This document shows positions 1 to 9,340 of a stretch of DNA of 64,000 bases, one piece after another. Each line of letters starts with the position of its first letter. Position 1 is the stretch's first letter. The notes beneath the pieces were generated by a model. The model did no database searches, had not been told where the DNA came from, and was given only the letters and a program-made list of their open reading frames with translations. This stretch comes from an uncultured Candidatus Saccharibacteria bacterium (GTDB lineage: Bacteria; Patescibacteriota; Saccharimonadia; Saccharimonadales; Saccharimonadaceae): positions 67,149-131,148 of the forward strand of contig CAURNC010000002.1 in the NCBI GenBank assembly GCA_963526325.1, written 5' to 3'. A program made the position numbers and the translations under genes.

Positions 1-545
1 CCAAGTCCGAGTTGCGACAAACCTTGGCAAGCAACCTTGAGGAGATCAATCGTCTGAACGAGCTTGCCACCATGCTTTTAGAATTATCCCACAGCGAACG
101 ACAGCTCTCGTCCAACATCGAAAAATTTGACCTGGTAGAGTTAACCAACAATCTGATCAGTTCCAGGCCAGGCAAGGAGCGGGTGACGCTGCACGCCCCC
201 GATGACTTGGCGGTCACCATGAACCGACCAGCAGTGCGAGAAGTGATTGCAGTGCTGTTGGACAATGCCGTCAAGCACAGCCCCGACACTTCACCCATTA
301 GCCTCACCATCAAACCTTTCAAAACGACTGTCGTCATCACTGTCACCAACCATGGCCCAGGTATCAACGCCAAAGATCTGCCGCACATATTTGAACGATT
401 TTACAGCGGCCAGCAACACGCCAATAGTTACGGGCTGGGGCTCAGCCTAGCGCATCAACTAACGCGTGCTTTGGGCGGGCATATTTCTGCACGATCCACC
501 CCTGGAAAAGTCACGACATTTACACTTTCGCTGCCAAAACGCTAA
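1..545 (+). CDS. Sensor histidine kinase, C-terminal part (5' end outside window)
   Basis: HATPase boxes LLDNAVKHS, NHGPGI, IFERFY, GLGLSL; reading frame open from the window edge. Confidence 0.9.
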   Translation, partial: KSELRQTLASNLEEINRLNELATMLLELSHSERQLSSNIEKFDLVELTNNLISSRPGKERVTLHAPDDLAVTMNRPAVREVIAVLLDNAVKHSPDTSPISLTIKPFKTTVVITVTNHGPGINAKDLPHIFERFYSGQQHANSYGLGLSLAHQLTRALGGHISARSTPGKVTTFTLSLPKR

Positions 546-619
546 ATTTCAGGTATTTTTCAGGTAGACATGGTGTACTAGATAGTGTCGGTTGGGTAAG
601 CAACCGGGAAAGGGGTACT

Positions 620-1087
620 ATGAGTAATGTACGAACGACGCATCTCAGTCAAAAAGGCTTTAAAGAATTACACAAAGAAATTTCTCAGTTAGAAGCACAA
701 GAAAAAACGCTCCAGTTCACCTTGCGTGAAATCGGTCGCGCTAAATCCCGCGACGATAAATTGCAGCGCAATGAAGTCATCATGAACCTGGAACTGGTCA
801 GTGGCAAATTGGCCAATTTACGCCACATGCTAAAGAATGCCAAACCGCTACCACGCAAACGCGACCGCTTACGCGTCGCTCTGGGCTCAATCGTTGACTT
901 AGTCGATCAGCAAGGTCGCATGCTTCACTACATACTGGTTGACAGTCTGGAAGCCAATCCGACAGACGGCCGCATATCCATAGACAGCCCGTTGGGTCGC
1001 AGCCTACTAGATAAGCGCCCCAAAGACACCGTTTCCTGGTGCGCTGGCGTCAAATTGCAGCGCGCCCAGCTAGTCGCCATCCGATAA
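620..1087 (+). CDS. GreA/GreB-family elongation factor-like protein
   Basis: N-terminal coiled coil; C-terminal EANPTDGRISIDSPLGRSLL motif; SD-like AAAGGGG upstream. Confidence 0.85.
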   Translation: MSNVRTTHLSQKGFKELHKEISQLEAQEKTLQFTLREIGRAKSRDDKLQRNEVIMNLELVSGKLANLRHMLKNAKPLPRKRDRLRVALGSIVDLVDQQGRMLHYILVDSLEANPTDGRISIDSPLGRSLLDKRPKDTVSWCAGVKLQRAQLVAIR

Positions 1088-1110
1088 CTACGAACCACCA
1101 CGCCCCCTTC

Positions 1111-1143
1111 AGCTTCCGTCATCATGGTGGAAGCTCTTTTTGT
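1111..1143 (+). terminator. Rho-independent terminator
   Basis: AGCTTCC...GGAAGCT stem followed by CTTTTTGT. Confidence 0.6.
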
Positions 1144-1147
1144 GCGA

Positions 1148-1176
1148 TTGACAATTTAGCATAAACAAAATATAAT
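1148..1176 (+). promoter_or_regulatory. Consensus sigma70 promoter of a leaderless gene
   Basis: TTGACA-17 nt-TATAAT, with ATG 7 nt downstream at 1184. Confidence 0.85.
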
Positions 1177-1183
1177 ACCGCTT

Positions 1184-2227
1184 ATGCGTAGAAGACAAAA
1201 ACAACAAATCTTTATTGGCGTTTTCATTGGCTTATTTGTCATTGCAGTCAGTATCCTAGGAATCATATTTTATAATCACTATCAAAAAGAGCAGATCAAT
1301 CAGCGTCTGGCCGCCAACACGGTCCACTTCGCCTCTGATGGCTATAACATCGCTGCTACTATGTTGTTGCCGAAAGATCAATATTCATACGAGATCAAGA
1401 GCGAAGAGCGTCCGCGCTTTCCAACCATGACCATCAAAGACAAGGGCGAAACATACACCATCACCGCCAAAATCGCGCAGGTCGGGAAAGCCAGCCGTGC
1501 CAATGACCTCGAGGCTGCCAAGAAACGAGGCAACTTCACTGAGCTCAAGGCCGACAAAGCCACTGGCGCACTGGGAGGCTACGCCTATGATGACAATTCG
1601 TATCACTACATCGTCAAAATACCACTGGTTCAGCGTGACCAAGAATGGTACGAACTCCACCTGGACATTGAAAATATCAGCAATGCTTCAGGTAGTAAAA
1701 CCTTGTTTGAATCATCCAGCATCCAATCACTGGTCAAGTCTGTCAGGTACGACAGTAATTACCAAGCGCCCGACCAAGAATACACCTCAGATGACCGAGA
1801 AATCGTGAAGGTAAACAAGTTCGCTAACGAAATCGACGGCTTTAGCATCACGCAACGGTCCAGTGCTGATGACAAAATCACCTTTGTTGGTACCAGAAAC
1901 AATGTCCAAATCAGCCTCACAGTTCGTCCTGTTTCCACCTCTAAAACACTAGAGCAGGCGACTGCAGATGATTATTATGTAAAGGCTGGCACCCACAAAT
2001 ACGACCAAATTACCAAGTATAATTCCAAAGAAGTACGACACACAGCGCCACAAAGCGACCCGACAAGCTACGTAACCTTCTTTTACTACTTTGAAAAGGA
2101 CGGCGTGATATTGCAGGGGACTGGCCGCTACAACGCCGAGGGCAAGAATGCCTTTGATCAAATGGCCAAAACCGTCTTCGAAACAGTTCAGGTCGACAAA
2201 GCTCGCGCCAAAAAATACGTGCAGTAA
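1184..2227 (+). CDS. Hypothetical membrane-anchored extracellular protein
   Basis: Basic N-terminus, one TM helix, soluble beta-rich remainder; 347 aa. Confidence 0.75.
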   Translation: MRRRQKQQIFIGVFIGLFVIAVSILGIIFYNHYQKEQINQRLAANTVHFASDGYNIAATMLLPKDQYSYEIKSEERPRFPTMTIKDKGETYTITAKIAQVGKASRANDLEAAKKRGNFTELKADKATGALGGYAYDDNSYHYIVKIPLVQRDQEWYELHLDIENISNASGSKTLFESSSIQSLVKSVRYDSNYQAPDQEYTSDDREIVKVNKFANEIDGFSITQRSSADDKITFVGTRNNVQISLTVRPVSTSKTLEQATADDYYVKAGTHKYDQITKYNSKEVRHTAPQSDPTSYVTFFYYFEKDGVILQGTGRYNAEGKNAFDQMAKTVFETVQVDKARAKKYVQ

Positions 2228-2267
2228 GAATTAGACCGCTTATGCTTTTTGCTTTATACTGTGAAGT

Positions 2268-4769
2268 ATGACATTTTACGCCACGCCCGCTCACGAAACT
2301 CTGAAAAAATTACGCACAAATGAATATGGGCTAACAGCCAGAGAAGTTAAACGCCGCCAAAAACAGTACGGCATCAACGTTATCAAAATCGAATCCGAGC
2401 CGCTCTGGAAAAAGATCATAGAACCGTTTTTGGATATTTTCATGCTGGTGCTAGGAGTGGCTGCAGCCATCAGTTTGTGGCACGGCGATCACATTGACGC
2501 GGTCATCATTTTGGTAATCATCGCCATCTCAGCAATCATTTTCTACGTCCAGCGGTTTTCGACTGACCGGGTTCTCCGCAGCCTATCCAAACGCAGCGTA
2601 CAAAAGGTTGACGTACTACGCGGCAATCACACGGCTCGCGTTGACGCCTCGCAGCTGGTACCTGGCGACATCATCACTCTGGCTGAAGGCGAGAAAATCC
2701 CCGCAGACATCAGACTCCTCCGAACAGCCAACTTGCGGGTCGACGAATCACAATTGACCGGCGAATCATTACCCATCAGCAAAAAACCGGACGTACTCGA
2801 GGCCCACAAAGAATTGTATGAGCAAACCAACATGTTGTTTCAAGGCTCATTCATCATCAGCGGCACTGGCACTGGCGTCGTGGTTACGACTGGCAACAAT
2901 ACTGAGTTCGGCAACCTTGCCACGCTGTCAAAACGGCAAAATACCCAAAGTCCCGTCCAGCAAAAAATCGATATCTTGATCACCAGAATCATCGCTGTTG
3001 TTGCCGCCGTCAGCGTCGTAGCTTTTGGGCTCAGTCTGCTGCGCGGCATGGACGTTCTGGAGAGCCTGCGCTTTGTCATGGCCCTGGCTGTCAGCGCCGT
3101 TCCCGAGAGTCTACCAATTGCTATATCTGTTGTGTTGGTTCTGGGTATGCGACGCATGGCTGCCAAAAAAGCTTTGGTACATCAGATGCGAGCCATCGAG
3201 ACCATCGGCGTCATCACCACCATCGCCACAGACAAAACTGGCACGCTGACCAAAAACAAATTGACCGTCCAAGAAACCTGGTCGCCTGGCGACACGGCCA
3301 TCATCGACATCATCGCCCGCACCATCAACCGTGGCGACGCCAAAAGCCACGACCCGCTTGATATTGCGCTGGAAGAATTTGTGCGCACACATGGCGTCCA
3401 GGTCAAAAACTCGCCATTTCGTGAACTACCATTTAACCAAGATTTCAGTATGTCCGCTGCGGTGTGGCATCATGGCAAAGATTTTCAGCTGTACCTCAAA
3501 GGCGCGCCTGAGCAGATTTTAGCGGCCTGCAAAGTAACCGCTACTGTTAAAAAACAAGCTCTAGCAGCCCTGGAAGCATTCACTGCCAAGGGGCAGCGAG
3601 TCATCGGTCTGGCGTCCTATACCTCAGCGCACCCAGTTCATGAATTTTACGAATTGAAAGGTGAGAAATTGACCTTCGAGGGCTTTGTGGCAGTCAGCGA
3701 CGTCTTGCGCCCAGAAGCGCCTCGGGCAATTCGCGCTGCCCTAAAAGCCGGCGTGTCCGTACGCATGATCACTGGTGATCATTTTGAGACAGCCTATCAA
3801 ATCGGACATCAACTAGGCATGGTCAAGGACCGTGACGAGGTATTCGACTGCCGCCAAATGAATAAGCTAACAGATGAGCAGCTCGACCCAATCGTCGAAC
3901 GCACCAAAGTCTTTTCGCGCGTCATCCCCGAGCAAAAATACCGCTTGCTGACCATTCTCAAAAAGCATCACATCACCGCCATGACAGGAGACGGCGTCAA
4001 TGATGTGCCAGCGCTCAGCAATGCTCACATTGGCGTGGCCATGGGTTCGGGCTCGCACATTGCGCGTGACGCTGGAGCTATCATTTTGCTGGATGATAAT
4101 TTCAAGACTATCATCGACGCCATGCGCGAAGGGCGAACTATCATCGCCAATGTTCGCCGTATGTTGTTCTACCTACTATCGACCAACACTGGTGAGCTCA
4201 TTACTATGGTTGGTGCACTCCTGATTGGCATCAAAACGCCGCTGGAGCCAGTGCAAATTCTGTGGGTCAACCTGGTCACCGACACCTCGATGGTCATCCC
4301 ACTTGGCTTGGAGCCAACAGAGAAGGGGGTGATGAATCGTCCGCCCGAAAAGCCAGATGCTCCAATTTTGAACCACATGATGGTCTGGCGAATGGTTATC
4401 GTCGCCGGCACTATGTCAGCCATCGCCTTGGCGGTTTACATATTCTTCGAACAACGACAAGGACATGCGTACGCCCAAACGATGGCCTTCATCACGCTGG
4501 TGGTCAGCCAGTGGGCAAATGCGTTCAACGCTCGCTCCGACGACGAGTCGCTCCTGAAGCGCCTGAAAGTCATGAACAAGAGTTTCTACGCCGGCATAAG
4601 CTTATCTATCGTCCTGCAAATTTTAGTCTTCTTTGGACCTCTTGGTGAAATCCTCCACATCGCACACGTCGCCCTCAGTGACATGATCATCATCAGCCTG
4701 ATATCATTCATCATCCCGATTGTCGTCTCTGAATGGCATAAGTATGTTACGAGACAGGGTAAGGGCTAA
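2268..4769 (+). CDS. Cation-transporting P-type ATPase (type II, Ca2+-like)
   Basis: TGES, PESLP, DKTGTLT, KGAPE, TGD, GDGVND motifs. Confidence 0.95.
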   Translation: MTFYATPAHETLKKLRTNEYGLTAREVKRRQKQYGINVIKIESEPLWKKIIEPFLDIFMLVLGVAAAISLWHGDHIDAVIILVIIAISAIIFYVQRFSTDRVLRSLSKRSVQKVDVLRGNHTARVDASQLVPGDIITLAEGEKIPADIRLLRTANLRVDESQLTGESLPISKKPDVLEAHKELYEQTNMLFQGSFIISGTGTGVVVTTGNNTEFGNLATLSKRQNTQSPVQQKIDILITRIIAVVAAVSVVAFGLSLLRGMDVLESLRFVMALAVSAVPESLPIAISVVLVLGMRRMAAKKALVHQMRAIETIGVITTIATDKTGTLTKNKLTVQETWSPGDTAIIDIIARTINRGDAKSHDPLDIALEEFVRTHGVQVKNSPFRELPFNQDFSMSAAVWHHGKDFQLYLKGAPEQILAACKVTATVKKQALAALEAFTAKGQRVIGLASYTSAHPVHEFYELKGEKLTFEGFVAVSDVLRPEAPRAIRAALKAGVSVRMITGDHFETAYQIGHQLGMVKDRDEVFDCRQMNKLTDEQLDPIVERTKVFSRVIPEQKYRLLTILKKHHITAMTGDGVNDVPALSNAHIGVAMGSGSHIARDAGAIILLDDNFKTIIDAMREGRTIIANVRRMLFYLLSTNTGELITMVGALLIGIKTPLEPVQILWVNLVTDTSMVIPLGLEPTEKGVMNRPPEKPDAPILNHMMVWRMVIVAGTMSAIALAVYIFFEQRQGHAYAQTMAFITLVVSQWANAFNARSDDESLLKRLKVMNKSFYAGISLSIVLQILVFFGPLGEILHIAHVALSDMIIISLISFIIPIVVSEWHKYVTRQGKG

Positions 4770-5034
4770 AACAACATCAACTCTATAGCGCTGCATATTC
4801 GCTAGGGCATATTTTTACCCTGAGATATAGCAGTAAGCTTGTCTATACTATGTATTCGGCGACTTGTCTCATGGCTACATCACGCGCTGCGATTAGATAA
4901 GCCCAAGTGGATGGAGTAACTTTGTTGATTTTATCTTTTTCCTTTCTTTCAAAAACTTCATTAGATCTGTAATATCTTTACTATAGACCCTGTAATCATG
5001 TCATAGAATAACAGTGTAATCACAAAAGAGAAAT

Positions 5035-5066
5035 AAAACCGCCCAGCCACTCCAGGCTAGACGGTT
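5035..5066 (-). terminator. Terminator hairpin, probably the displaced original tRNA-Gln terminator
   Basis: Minus strand AACCGTCTAGCC-loop-GGCTGGGCGGTT then TTATTT, 13 nt after a CCAGCCA copy. Confidence 0.55.
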
Positions 5067-5260
5067 AATATGTAAAGCCTGGCTGGCGTAACAATACGAC
5101 AAATGAACCCCTAGCAGTTAGCAAATCACTTTTAGCGGTTAGAGCTTGGATTGATGAACAAAGCAAAATAAATAATTTATTATCAATAAGTAGTAAAGCA
5201 AAACTAAAGCTAAAGCCAGATTGTGGCAAAATATTAAGAATAGGTTATATAATATCATGC

Positions 5261-6247
5261 ATGGGAAGAGACTTATGTTTACACGCTGAAAGTACTAATA
5301 AAAAGAGCTTATATAATCATATAAAATCCTACGGGAATATAACTCCAACATCTCATCTATGGGATTGGCCGACAGGAAGCGAACATCTGCATTGGTTTGA
5401 CAAAGAGGATTTTAAATCAATCACCGGTGTAGAAATAACAATTTTTCCAGAAATAAGAGGAAAAAGGAGATTTTGGTCACTCCATGTGAGAAATACATAC
5501 AACGCTTCATGGCATGACGTAAGTATGATGAACAAAATTTTGACAGATTCAAAGAAGAAATTTGGAGGAACGATTGATGGGGATTATGGGAAAAATAAAG
5601 TCGCTCCTTTATGGGAAGATGATACTTCTCCAATGAGTCGCGGTATTGATTATATAACTAGAAAAACACGCGATAGCATTCTAAGCTTAGGAGTAAGCCT
5701 ACCTCTACCATGGAATAATTTTCAAACAGCGAATGAATCAAAAAGTAGTGATAAAAAAATTGAAGCTTTTTTAGCCTATACAGATCCAACTAGACAGATT
5801 TATATAGGCCTAATTCCAATGCTTGTTGCGATACTTGAATTTTATTTCAAGGAAACATTTAGAGTGCTAGCGAACTATGATGAAGGCATATTGGCAAGAA
5901 TCACACAAACATTATCTGATAATAAAAATTTAGGCACATCAGAAATAATTAACTCTTTCATTAACAATGTAAATTTTCAAAATTTGAAAAATGTTAGGAA
6001 AATATACAAGAGTCGTGCATATTTGGACATCAAAAGCATAATAGAAGAATCAACTAGTATAGAAAATTATAATAAACTTAAGGAATTGATTGAGCTTAGG
6101 CATGACATAGTTCACAGATTAGAGTCTGATTGGGTATTTACCAGGGAAGATTTTTTAGAATTTCATAAAGTATTAAGAGAAAGTCTGTCAAGTATCACTT
6201 GTAATATTATAGCCAAGTACAATCTAAATACAGAAGAGGAATATTAG
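5261..6247 (+). CDS. HEPN-domain protein (putative RNase / defence effector)
   Basis: C-terminal helical domain with ILEFYFK helix, FQN and R-x4-H motif (LRHDIVH); AT-rich. Confidence 0.65.
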   Translation: MGRDLCLHAESTNKKSLYNHIKSYGNITPTSHLWDWPTGSEHLHWFDKEDFKSITGVEITIFPEIRGKRRFWSLHVRNTYNASWHDVSMMNKILTDSKKKFGGTIDGDYGKNKVAPLWEDDTSPMSRGIDYITRKTRDSILSLGVSLPLPWNNFQTANESKSSDKKIEAFLAYTDPTRQIYIGLIPMLVAILEFYFKETFRVLANYDEGILARITQTLSDNKNLGTSEIINSFINNVNFQNLKNVRKIYKSRAYLDIKSIIEESTSIENYNKLKELIELRHDIVHRLESDWVFTREDFLEFHKVLRESLSSITCNIIAKYNLNTEEEY

Positions 6248-7258
6248 CTATAAGTTTTACCAGACCATAGCCAGCACGTATACTTTTTACGAACTAGAAA
6301 CAGCATGCTAGGATTGAGTTGAAATATTCAGAAATCGAAAACAGCCTTGTTTGATTATTCATTAAATTTAATATAAAAGTAAGCCAATGAATATCATGTA
6401 ATCCAAGTTATGCCTCACTCCCATCAAAACTTAGCATTTCATTATTAATAAAGCCACCAAGTCAAATGTGGTAAATTTTAAGATAAAAGACATAATAAAT
6501 ACTAAACAATGATGTACAAAAAATGAGCGATAATCAAGATTCCAAAACAACGATATTCCAACGCAAGAGTCGGCTACCGACACCAGTAATCAAGACACTA
6601 AAATATCTTATGACCCAAACGGCGAAAGATATATCAGAACCACCAAAGAAGAGAGCCCTCTTATAGCAACAAATCATTTATCAGGAAGACCGTAAACGCA
6701 CCACTCAACTAAATAATCGCCGACATTAAAAAACGGCAATTATTTATACCCAACAAGCCAATAAAAACAGTTAGCAAAACAGAGGTAAAGCAAAATAGAA
6801 AAAATGTTAGCCCAACAAATTATTTTTAGTCTTTTTCATTACGAATTGCGGTATTTATATAGCCACACTTCGCCATTGTTTCATCAAAAGTTTTATCCAT
6901 ATATAGCAAATCGCCAATCCATCCAAATAACATTAAATTGGCACTCATGCAACGCAACAGAACACCCTCTGTCTTGCCAATATAAAAATGGTGATCGGGA
7001 AGAAAAAGCTACGCCAAGTTAATATTTTATACGTTTTGCGATCTTTCATAAAATAATTTCCTTTCTTTTATTTTAATGTCTAGAGTGTCATCAATTAAAA
7101 ACGACACCGCAAGACCAACCCACAAAGAGTTTATTGAACTCGTCAATTCTTATCTGGAAACTATACTTTCAACCACCGATATTATTGAAGGATATGATAT
7201 ACAATAAGCTAGTGTTGAACCTCCGAGCTGGCAACAATGCCGTATCTGTTATAAAGCT

Positions 7259-7288
7259 AAACCCGCCATATAATTTGATGGTGGGTTT
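7259..7288 (-). terminator. Terminator downstream of tRNA-Gln
   Basis: AAACCCGCCAT / ATGGTGGGTTT inverted repeat. Confidence 0.6.
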
Positions 7289-7303
7289 AGAGAAAATTCC
7301 ATG

Positions 7304-7378
7304 TGGCTGGGCCGGAGGGATTCGAACCCCCGAATGCCAGGACCAAAACCTGGTGCCTTACCACTTGGCGACGGCCCA
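7304..7378 (-). tRNA. tRNA-Gln(TTG)
   Basis: Cloverleaf TGGGCCG...CGGCCCAGCCA; anticodon arm CCAGG-TTTTGGT-CCTGG; TTCGAAT T loop; encoded CCA. Confidence 0.97.
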
Positions 7379-7480
7379 ATATGAGCAACGCGTGTGAGCG
7401 CAACTACGTGTAACATTGTACCACATCAGGGCAGAGATACCAAGCTTGCCAATCCGCCAACGCCGCCGTATAATCAAACT

Positions 7481-7942
7481 ATGCATAAGCACTATGGTTT
7501 TACAATCGTCGAAGTATTGGTGGTCGTCTTGGTCCTCGGCATCTTGATGACCCTCGGTGGTCTGGCGTGGCGCACCGCTCGAGAAGACGCCATTAACAAT
7601 GAGAGCAAGACTGAATTATTAACCATCCAGAATGCCGTCGAAGAATATTACAGTCAAAATGGAGAATATCCGTGGCCTGCGTCCTGTAGTAAATACAGCT
7701 CAGCAACCAACCGCACATGCGACGCTGGCGAACTCAACCCGCTGTTAGTACCAAAATATCTCAAAGAATTACCGACAGACTGGCGCGGTAAGCACTACGA
7801 ATACACCGTCAACAAAAGCCCCGACAATCGCTATGGGCTACTGATGTACCGAGCTAACGGCACCAAATGTCGCGTCGGAAAAGGCATTCTGGCAATGTGG
7901 TGGAACACGCCAGCGCCAGCGGCTGAAAATTGCGATTTCTAA
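7481..7942 (+). CDS. Type IV pilin / pseudopilin (GspG-like)
   Basis: Prepilin motif G|FTIVEVLVVVLVLGIL; YYSQNGEYP; start moved to ATG 7481 after TATAAT. Confidence 0.9.
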   Translation: MHKHYGFTIVEVLVVVLVLGILMTLGGLAWRTAREDAINNESKTELLTIQNAVEEYYSQNGEYPWPASCSKYSSATNRTCDAGELNPLLVPKYLKELPTDWRGKHYEYTVNKSPDNRYGLLMYRANGTKCRVGKGILAMWWNTPAPAAENCDF

Positions 7943-8005
7943 TCATACCTTGCCCTAGCGTTTGGTCATTTTCCAAATGCGCCTGGTTTGGGGTACAATA
8001 GGGCA

Positions 8006-9340
8006 ATGAAGAAAGCGCAAACTGCAACGTTAACCCTGGAAAACATCGTGGGCGGCGGCCAGACCATCGGCACGCTGGCAGATGGCCGTAAAGCATTTGT
8101 ATGGGGTGGATTGCCAGGCGAACAAGTGACTATCAGGGTGACCAAGAAAAAATCAAAGCTCGTCGAAGGCGTCGTAACTGAGGTCCATCACGCCAGTCCT
8201 GAGCGCATCACTCCGGTCGATCCAGACAGTTACCTCAGCACCAGTCCCTGGCAGATCATGAACTTTTCAGCAGAGCAGCAGTACAAAGCCCAGCTAATCG
8301 CCGAAGCGTTTAGGCTACATCACGTTACCTTGCCAACTGCGCCGACAGTCTATACGGACGAGCAGCAATTGGCGTATCGTAACAAAGTTGAATACAGCTG
8401 GTACAGTGACACAGACCCAGACTCAGGAATTGACATGCTTGATCTGGCGTTTTTCCGGCGCAGCTCAAAGGGTAAAATCACCGTCGACGGTACCTCACTC
8501 GCTCGTCCCGATATCAACACGTTAGCCGTAGAAATTCGCGATTTACTTCGCACTAAACCAGTCACCGCACGCAACCTCAAAACAGTGCTCATCAGATGCA
8601 ACCAGTCAGGAAAGTGCATTTGGCAATTGTACCTCAAAGACCGCCTGGAAAATATCATCACCGCCGAAGAAGCAGCCGCACTGTCAGCCCAAGGCGGCGA
8701 AATCATCTATTCTAACCCCAAAAGCCCCGCCAGCGTCATCACCGAACGGCTAGCGGCGTTTGGCGACACCGTTCTCACTGACGAGATACTAGACGTTCCG
8801 TTTCGCTATGTTGCCGAAGGATTTTTCCAGGTCAATTTGCCAGTGTATGAGCAGGCACTCACCGACATGGCAGCGTGGATTCGTACCGCGTCAGTAGAGT
8901 CAAATAACGCTCTATCAACTGTTGATATGTATTCGGGTGTTGGCACTATCGGCCTCACTATCGGCGGAGAACATGTCACTTTGGTAGAAATTAACGAACA
9001 TGCCGTCCAGGAAATGCAGCGAAATATTCACGCTTTGGGACGCGAAAATAATACCAAAGCCGTCTTGGCGGCCAGTGAGCAGGCCCTTGATTATATTCAC
9101 CCTGACAATCTCATCATCGTCGATCCGCCACGTGCTGGCTTGCATACAGACGTCATCGACCGCTTATTGGAACAATTACCGCCGCGAATCGTCTACCTGA
9201 GTTGCAACCCCGTTACCCAAGCTCGAGACGTTGCTTTGCTCAGCGAGAACTATCACATTGTGCATCATCAGGGTTACAATTTCTTCCCGCGCACACCACA
9301 CATTGAGAATCTGGTGGTTTTGGACAAGATGCCGCATTAA
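8006..9340 (+). CDS. TRAM-domain RNA m5U methyltransferase (RlmD/TrmA family)
   Basis: FFQVN, DMYSGVGTIG, DPPRAGL, YLSCNP, FPRTPHIE motifs. Confidence 0.93.
   Translation: MKKAQTATLTLENIVGGGQTIGTLADGRKAFVWGGLPGEQVTIRVTKKKSKLVEGVVTEVHHASPERITPVDPDSYLSTSPWQIMNFSAEQQYKAQLIAEAFRLHHVTLPTAPTVYTDEQQLAYRNKVEYSWYSDTDPDSGIDMLDLAFFRRSSKGKITVDGTSLARPDINTLAVEIRDLLRTKPVTARNLKTVLIRCNQSGKCIWQLYLKDRLENIITAEEAAALSAQGGEIIYSNPKSPASVITERLAAFGDTVLTDEILDVPFRYVAEGFFQVNLPVYEQALTDMAAWIRTASVESNNALSTVDMYSGVGTIGLTIGGEHVTLVEINEHAVQEMQRNIHALGRENNTKAVLAASEQALDYIHPDNLIIVDPPRAGLHTDVIDRLLEQLPPRIVYLSCNPVTQARDVALLSENYHIVHHQGYNFFPRTPHIENLVVLDKMPH

Larger units (their letters stand above)
5080..7310. mobile_element. AT-rich islet integrated at the tRNA-Gln 3' end
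   Basis: TGGCTGG (tRNA 3' end CCAGCCA) at 5080-5086 and 7304-7310; low GC; single intact ORF; no integrase visible. Confidence 0.55.

Noticed and set aside
6804..7397. Short ORFs 6804-7022 and 7134-7397
   Set aside because: No motifs; the second is the antisense reading of tRNA-Gln
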